Shown here: one piece after another, positions 17,483 through 26,400 of the stretch
Layout: every line of letters starts with the position of its first letter
Position numbering within the stretch: the first letter of the stretch is position 1
From: Trichodesmium erythraeum IMS101
GTDB lineage: Bacteria > Cyanobacteriota > Cyanobacteriia > Cyanobacteriales > Microcoleaceae
DNA length: 32,000 nt
Assembly (NCBI RefSeq): GCF_000014265.1
Contig: NC_008312.1
Coordinates: 150,001 to 182,000 of the forward strand
Direction of reading: 5' to 3'
Made by a program: the position numbers and the translations under genes
The notes under the pieces: generated by a model
The model's input: only the letters and a program-made list of their open reading frames with translations
What the model was told of the DNA's origin: nothing
Databases searched by the model: none

Positions 17483-20400
17483 TTAAGAGAAATTATGAAA
17501 AATTTTCTTAAAAATAGATGCTACAACAACTGCTGAAAGTTTATCCTTAATACTCTTACAAGCATAATCACCATATTTTTCCCGAACAGAGCGATCGCAC
17601 AGAAATTTCATAAACTCTGCTGCTTGATCCAGATCTGGTTCTGCCCACCGAGTACCTCTGGGATAAGCGCCATAACTCCTATCAGTTTCAATAACCTCAG
17701 CTTCCACCAAAAAAGAATTAGAATTATCCATAAAGTCTAAATTGGCTGAGTATTTGGTAGCAATAACTGGTTTTCCCATTGCCATCGCCTCTGCCAAAGT
17801 CAATCCAAAGCCTTCGGACCTGTGCAAAGAAACATAAACATCTAAACAGTTCATTAGTCTGAGAGTCTTAGCTCGATGGTAAGTTTCCTCTATCCAGATA
17901 ACATTCAAACCATCTGACTCTAATTTTAGCATTTCATAATCATAATTACCGGGGACTGGAGAACTTACCTTTAAAAGCAATACCACATCCTCAGAACTCT
18001 TAAAAGCTTTTTTAAAAGCTTTAATCAGTCCTCGCGGGTTTTTTCTCTCCAGACTACTTTTCTGGTCAAAGAAAAAGCCAAATAATACCTGATCTGTGGG
18101 TAAGTTAAACTCACTACGATCAGAAGTTATAGAATCTAGTGCTGCAAAATCTATAACATGAGGAACTACTCTAACAGGTTTATCTACCTTTTTGCCAATA
18201 GCTGCTGCTGAATATTCACTAGGTGTCCATATTTCATCAAATCCCTTAGCTGCTCTTGCTTGAGAGGTAGGTAACTCTTCTGTTTCCCAAACCCAATAAC
18301 CAATATTTTTTCTACCTTGCCAATAAAAATCTGGTAGAATTTTGTGAACCTGCCCCACGCTATCAGCATTTACTACTGTTATGTTAGCTCCCTTGCCTGG
18401 TAGAGGCCAACCCATCAATAGAAGTTTATTTTCTTTATCAAAAAAGGTATCTTTATCAATGTAGGTATTAGGAACTATTATTTTTGAATAATTAACTTCG
18501 ACTGCCTTGAGAGTATGCTCCATAGACCTAGCAGATTGTCCCATACCTGTAGTAGCGTCGAAATTTCCTGCTACATTAACAACAAAATCGTCCCCATAGG
18601 TTTGAATTTCTGCTTCTAGTTTATCTATCCATTTTATAACTGCTTTACTTTGGGATGGAAGATTATGAATATTGGGGTTTTCCTTGAGGTAATCATGTAG
18701 TTCCTGAAGATTTTCTTTCGATTGAAAAGCATCTGGAAATAAATGTTTTAGCAGTCCTTGACTCCTGTAGAAAGCCTCTAGCTGAGATAAGGGAGTAGGG
18801 GCTTTTTCTGAGGCTAAAAATTCTATAATTGCATTCTTCTCCTCCTGATTTTCTGCCAACTCTAAACTTTTGATAATTTTGTCTATTTCAAATAAATTGG
18901 CAGTACTACCAGTTAATTGTCTTAGATAGGAATTGTACAATAAATTAATGACTGTTAGCTCTTTTTGTTGAACTTCGCAGACTAAATCAAACCACAAACA
19001 TTCATCAATATCTATATTTGGCAAAGAAGTTAAATTAGACTTTAGCCATTCCAGGAATTTCTCACGTACTTTAGGAAGATGAATATTACAAAATGCACTT
19101 TGTAAGTCAGGGCGTAAAAAGTAAAGATTGAGAATTTTTAAATACCCACCACGAGCTTTTTTAAACTTTTCTATTTCTTCTGTTTTTAAATTCTCTTCTC
19201 TAGGGCCAGAATTTTTTAACCAAGCACAAAAGCGATCATAACTTTGAGGGTCACTAACAAAATTTGGATATGCTGTAACTACATCTGTTCTTCTACGGAG
19301 AATTTTCTGTAGATCTTCAATAATGTTTGTTTTAACCCAATATTGTTTAAATTTATGACATAATTCGTCAATATTGTGTTCTGTGGCTCCCCTTTCTTCT
19401 AGCCAATTAATAAATCCTTCATCCAAAAAATTATTAGAAGCATTAGGAAAAGCAGCCGCTACATCAGGTCTAAATTTTAAGAGAGATGTTATGATTGGGG
19501 GAGTATTTTTTCCTGATAAATATGGAGATGGAGTCATCAAAAATTTACAAAACTCATCTGCTTCAAATTTAGGACTAGGAAAGGGTATATTTTTGATAAT
19601 TAGTTGCCTGAGAGTGTAATTAATTAGCTCGCAAGCCTTAATACCATTAGGTAGTTTTCCATAGGCATAAGGAAAATTTTTAGCTTTTGAATAGCCCCAC
19701 TTCAACATTTTATTTGCATACCCGTCACAAAGTTCTTTAACCGTAGGTAGATCATATAAATTATGTCTTGTTTGATGCTTAGATAACTTATTTCTGTTTT
19801 TGGGAGAGTAACCGCTAAAGTGGAAAAAGGCTAAAGGTCTGCCATCAACTAAATATTCATCGCCGATTTTTTCTACAGTGCGATCGTGTAAATTCCAATA
19901 TGCCACATTGTAAGAGGGATCATGAAGAATATAGGTATCTGGAAAATACCCGGGAATCAAATCCATCCATTTTTGATCTACAAAAAGACCATTAGGAATA
20001 TCAACCACACAATCCAAATGTAATTTTTCCATCCACCACTTGAGTAACTCAAGAGAATGTTGATTCTTTTTGAGACCAATAAAACCTAGATTATAAGTTC
20101 CACTTTGTAGAATTTGCACTTCTGAAGGGGAATAATTGTCTCGAAATGGCTTTCGCATATGAGGTATTAAAACTGTCGTGTTAGTTCTTAAAGCATTCCA
20201 AATTGCATCTAGGGGACGAAATATCTGAATATCAGGATCAATGTAAACCAAATTTTCTATATCGTCGTATTTCTCCAACAAATATTTAAGAACGAAAGGT
20301 TTAACAGCCGTATTGAGTTCAAGAATGGTATAATGATAAGGAAAAGTATCGGCGGAAGGCAGAGGAACGTCTTCCATTGTTAATAATTGAAACTGTTCCT

Positions 20401-23400
20401 GAGCTGGCTCAAAATAACCATCTACCTGATCGACTAGCAACACAAAGAAACGAGCTTGGGGATGATGCTCAAGGAAAGTTTCGCATAAAGTTCGTGCTTG
20501 AGGCAAATAATTTTTAGATACCATGGTAATAGCAGCAATTGAAGTATTCCTCACCCTCTCTACTTCATTTCCGTGTGGCAGGTGAATTAAATCTCTTTGA
20601 ATTTCCTGGGTAGAATAGTTACTATTTTCCTCTATTTTTTGCTGCTGGTTTTGTTGGCTATAAGTTTCTTTAAGACCTGTTTGAAGTTCTTGATTTTCTG
20701 GAATTTGCTTCAGTCCCTGTCGATAAACAGAAATAGCTTCTGACCATTTTTGGCCATCCCTGAAAACTTGACCCAAAAGTAAGTAAGCTTCTAAAAAACT
20801 GGGGTTTAAGGCGATCGCTCGGCGATAACAAGTCACAGCTTCTCTGTGCTGCTCTTCTTGTAAAAACTCACTTCCTAAATTAAAATGTTGTTCTGCCGTT
20901 GCCAAACTTGCCTCTAAACTCAAAGCTTTAAACCATGACTCCCTAGCTTCTTTTTCCCTTCCTTTTTCCTGAAAAACTCTAGCTAAGTTTTGGTAAACTT
21001 TTCCCAAGTTAGGATTAATGTCAATTGCTTTTTCGTAACTAGTAATTGCTTGGTCAAATTCCTTTTTTTCTAGCCAAACATTTCCCAACCCAAAATACAA
21101 TTCAGGATTATTTGGTTCTATCTCAATTGCCTTGAAATAGTTCTCTACATTATTTGGTTCTTGTTCAATAGCTCTAAGATAATAATTCAGGACAGACTGC
21201 AAACCAGATTTGACTTTTTGATGTAGAGCATTATCTAACTTTTGTTTGGCTTCCGGCAGCTCTAACTTGAATTCTAAAGCCTGACTATAAGCAATAATAG
21301 CCCCTTCCCAATCTTCCAACTTCACCAACACATCTCCCAAATTATAATAATTCCAAGGAAAATCCGGATTCAACTCAATAGCCTGATGATAAACACCAGC
21401 CGCTTCTGGCCACTTCTCTAACCTAACTAAAACATCCCCCAAATTATTATAAGACCAACAAAAATCAGGATTCAACTCAATAGCCCTACCATAAGCACCA
21501 GCCGCCTCCGACCACTTCTCTAACCTAACTAAAACATCCCCCAAATTATTATAAGACCAACAAAAATCAGGATTCAATTCAATAGATTTCCTATAAGCAT
21601 TAGTAGCTGCTTCTAACTTCTCTGTTTCCTGGAATAAACTACCTAATTTATGATGTACTGTCCATAATTGAGGCTGAATTTCAATAGCTTTTCTATAAAC
21701 CTTTATAGCCTCTTCTTTCTCCCCTTTATTTCTTAAAATATCACCCAAATACTGATAAGCCTCAGCCAAATTGGGGTCGATGAAAATTACTTTCTGGTAA
21801 GCATTTATTGCCTCAGAAAGTTTCCCTGACTTAGCTAATATTTCAGCCAATTTTAAATAAGAAATAGAAGAACTAGGATTTAGTTTTATAGCATAATATA
21901 AAGCCGAAATTCCCTCTGAAAAATTTTCTTGCTCAATTAAAATATTCCCTAAATTATGATAATTTTCCCAGATATTTGGCTGAATTTCAATCAATTTTTT
22001 ATAGATAATTACAGCTTTTTTAAGCTGGTTTTGGTTGACAAAAATATTAGCTAAAGAGTAGTAAGCCTCTGTCAAATATGGATCAATTTCAAGAGCTTTA
22101 TAGTAATAAGTAATAGCCTCTTCTAATTTGCCTGGTAAAAGAGCTAATATATTTCCCATCTCATAATTAGCACCTGAGTCGTTAGGATTTAGTTTCAGTG
22201 CTTGAGCATAACAATTAATAGCATTATCTAATTGATTTTTCTGTTGAAAAGCTTTCCCCATTATCTGATAAGCTTCTGAGTTTTTTTCAACTTTAATTAC
22301 TGAATAGCAGATAGCGATCGCCTCAGAAAACAATCCTTCTAAATAATAAGTCTTAGCTTGTTTTAATAGTTCTTTAACTTCTGCTTTTTGAGAATAATTA
22401 ATCTGATTTGTCACTATCTGATTCAACTGCAGTAATTCACCACTTTTCCGTTCAATTTCTGCTGCACTTAGTTGATGACCATTCTGATATTTATCTTCTA
22501 ATTTTGCTGAGATATTAAAATTCACATCACCCTTTAAACTCTTCTGATTTTGATTTTTATTTTCCCAAACTTTATCTTTAATTTCTGCTGCACTTAGTTG
22601 ATGACCATTCTGATATTTATCTTCTAATTTTGCTGATGTATTAGAATTCACATCACCCTTTAAATTATTCTGATTTTGATTTTTATCTGCCCCAACTTTA
22701 TCTTTAATTTCTGCTGCACTTAGTTGATGAATATTCTGATATTTATCTTCTAATTTTGCTGATATATTAGAATTCACATCACCCTTTAAATTATTCTGAT
22801 TTTGATTTTTATCTGCCCAAATTTCCTTAGCTTTATGGTAATAAATAACTGCTTCATCCCATCTTCCGAGACATTTTAATCCCAAACTAAGATTATAGTA
22901 AACTGTACCCAAATTAGGATTTAACTCTATAGAATTTTGATAACAAGATACTGCCTGAGCAATTTTTCCTTTCTCATACAATTTATTTCCTAAATTAAAA
23001 TGGTCATTAGCAGTTACTTTTTTAGGTTCTAAAGAGTAAGCTTGGTACCAAAAATCTAGAACTCCTAATGTTTCACCTAACTCAGTCAAAACCATCGCTA
23101 ATTTGTAATAATTCTCAGCCACCTTTAGTTTTATTTCTAACGCTTTTTCATAACAATAAATCACCAAATTCAAAATTTTATACTCAACATATAAATTGCC
23201 TAATACTATATAAATTAAACCATAACTTTGCTGAATTTCCAGAGCTGTTTTGTAACTGCTCTCAGCTTGTTTTATTTCCCCAATTTTTTTCTGAGAATCT
23301 CCGATAATTATGTAAGCTGCTGCTACATCTATTTTAAGAGAAATCGCTTGCTGACATTGAGAAATTGCTTTTTCATAAAATCCCTCCTCATAATATTTTT

Positions 23401-26400
23401 GAGCTTCCTGAATATAAACATTAGGAATATTTCTCACACCATTAGATGTCATATCTTTTAAAAGAAACGTTGAATTTATTTGTTTTACCTCATTGACTTT
23501 GGAAATTTCTTTCAGTTTTAAAGTGGAGTGAATAATCTGATTATTATTAGCTTTTTTTGGACTATTCATAACGGTTTTTTCTCCCTCTATATTCCCATAA
23601 ACATTAGTGACATCTGCTTCGATGATTAGAGGTTTATTGGGAGCTAAAGTTTTCGTAATTTCCTTATAGTTTGTAACCCTTTTATCCTGACTATTTTCTA
23701 ACACAGATAAAGATGATTCTAGATAATTAACAGAGTCCGATAAATCACTTTTTAAATCAAAAGTTGATATCACTCTACTAACTCCTTTACTAACAACTCT
23801 TTGAAAATTTTCAGGTTTCTGAATAATATGAATTGTATCATCAGCCCGAACCTGCTGAATTATTCCCTGACTATTTTGGTGATTTTCTCCTATTAGTAAA
23901 TTGAGAGAATTTTCGAGATTTTGCCAATAATTAGGAAACACTTTTGTAGTAGGTTTCTTTGTTCCTTGCAGTTTTAATGCTTCCCCTAAACTTTCATAAG
24001 CTCCTAATAAATTAGGATTTAATTCTATCGCCCGACAATAGCACGATATTGCTTGAGAAATTACCTTTTGTTGCAGCAGACTATTTCCTAATATTAAATG
24101 TTCTTCTGCTGTAGCTTTTCCAGGCTCTAAACTGTAGGCTTGATACAAACAGTTATCACCTTTTGTCTTCTTACCAACTTTTCTCCAAGCTATAGCTAGT
24201 TGACGGTAAGCATCAGCATAATTTGGCTGGATAACCAAAGATTTTTGATAACATTTAATTGCTTCTATCCATTGTTCCTGTTGAGCATATAAACTACCGA
24301 TATTCAGATAAATTTCTGGGTCATTTTTTTCTAAAGAAAGAAATTTTTTATAGGACTGCCAAGCTGCTTCTACTTCCCCTTGAGATTGCAATCTTTTGCC
24401 TAACTTTTTGTAGTATAAAGTTAATTTTATGGCTTGATTTTCTGGAGTTATTTTTTGATTAACAGGTTCTAAATATTCAGCCTTTATCGAAAATTTTTCC
24501 GCCTCAGTATAGCTGCCAATTTTTTGATAAATTCTGGCTAAGTTTCGGTAAACTCCGGCAAATTTTGGTTGAATTTTTAGAGCTTTTTGATAATAACTTA
24601 TTGCTTCTTGCCACTGTTCTTTTTTTACAGATAATGTGCCTAAGTTAGCATAAGCTTCTGCAAAATTTGGCTGATATTCTATAGCTTTTGTATACCAATA
24701 CCAGGCGGTTTCTATTTGACCTTGAGCATAAAAAACATTCCCTAAAGTTTTACAAGCTGGGCTATAATCTGGTTGAGATTTTAAGGCTTGAGTACAGGTA
24801 GTTTTGGCTAATTCTAATTCTTTTTGCTTTAAGTATAATTCTGCTTGTTTATTTAACTGACCAGCTATTTCTTGGGAGTTAACTTTTAATGATATTTTTT
24901 GACCTACCTGTTTCATCGGTAGCTTCTTCTTTTCCTGAGATATTTTTTTCCTAATACCTACTTGTTGTTCTTTCTGAATAGACGCTTTTATCTCACTACT
25001 GAAAACTGTTTCTAGTATTTTTTTCTTCTCAATAATGCCAAGAACTTTTAGAGCTTTTTCTAAAGAATTAAGATTCAGGATAATATCTTCTGTCAGAGGA
25101 TTTTGATACATTAATTTCCGGATGGGAGCACAACCAAAATCTTCTCCTTTTAAATAGTAATGTTCCAGTCCTATTTTTTGGCTAATCCCACAATAATAAT
25201 GTCTAATATAGTTAGGTGATACTAATTCTATAACTTTAGTTCCTCTAGGAGAAAATATAATATTTGTCAGTCCACTACCATGAGCTCCAATAATCACTTT
25301 GGCATGAGAAAATATGGCTATCTGCTCTTTCAAATTCATTGAGTCTGGCTGAATACAAACAAAACCTATTTCACTTAATTTTAAGAGTACTTCTTCTTCA
25401 TTGAAAACTCGTCTATATCGTGAATTATTTCTACTTATATATATCCTTTCTGGATAGAATGAGCTGGTTTTATTTTCTGTAAATATCTCCTGTTTTATTC
25501 TTGATAAAAATACCTGACGGTGAAATTCTAAACTCCAGGATGTTAGCCTACCTAAATCTCCAGGAAATGAGGGAACAATTAATTTTTTAGCTTGGATATA
25601 AGGGTGCTGTTCGCTGGAGATAATTTTATTTTGGGGAATACCTAATACATTCAAACTTTCCCTTTGAAATGGCATCTGATAATTACTAACTAAAAAAAAA
25701 TCTATTTCTTTTAAGTCTATGCCATGAAGCTTTAGAATTTCTAACCTCGGCAATATATCTACCATCCAATGAAAATATACATGGTCATATAATCCTGATA
25801 ATACTGCTACTTTACCATCTATTTTTTCTAATTCTGGTAGTTCTTCTAAGTCAAAAATTTCTTGTTTATTTTCATCAGAATTTTGACATCCTAGCTGACC
25901 TGCTTCGTTCCAGGAAAGCTCTTTTACAAGTTGATTATCTTGATTGATAATTGCTATTGCATTATTAATCATCCCATATTTTTTCTGGGGTACAACCCAT
26001 GCCCTACCTGATAGTAGTTGAGCTACAAATGTTTCTGTTTCTGCTCTTTTTAATGAGTTATTTTGGCTGAGAATATTTGTCGTTGTTTGATTTTCTGAAC
26101 AGCTATAAATTCTACTGCCTAAGTGGAGCATATTAAATTCTTGAAAATTTTGTTCCCACCATGGTCTACTGTTTAATCTTTCACAGGATGATGATAAAAA
26201 TTTCGGCTTTTTCTGAGCTTTTTTTGATTTTGATAAACTCTGCAAATTCTCTAATATTTCGGGATGCTCTGGATAAGTTTCTAATCCTAGATTAGTAATA
26301 ATAATTGCTGAATTTATCAGATTTTGCTTGACTAAACTATTACCTAGCTTGACATAATCTTCTGCTGTTACTTGTTCCAGTTCTAAAGCTTTTTTATAAT

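Noticed and set aside
22455-22820. A regularly spaced repeat array that could be mistaken for a CRISPR locus (likewise 21309-21614 and 9200-9928).
   Set aside because: The units are directly contiguous with no unique spacers. Their periods (126, 102 and 360-369 bp) are multiples of 3, and they lie in frame inside long ORFs. They are coding tandem repeats.
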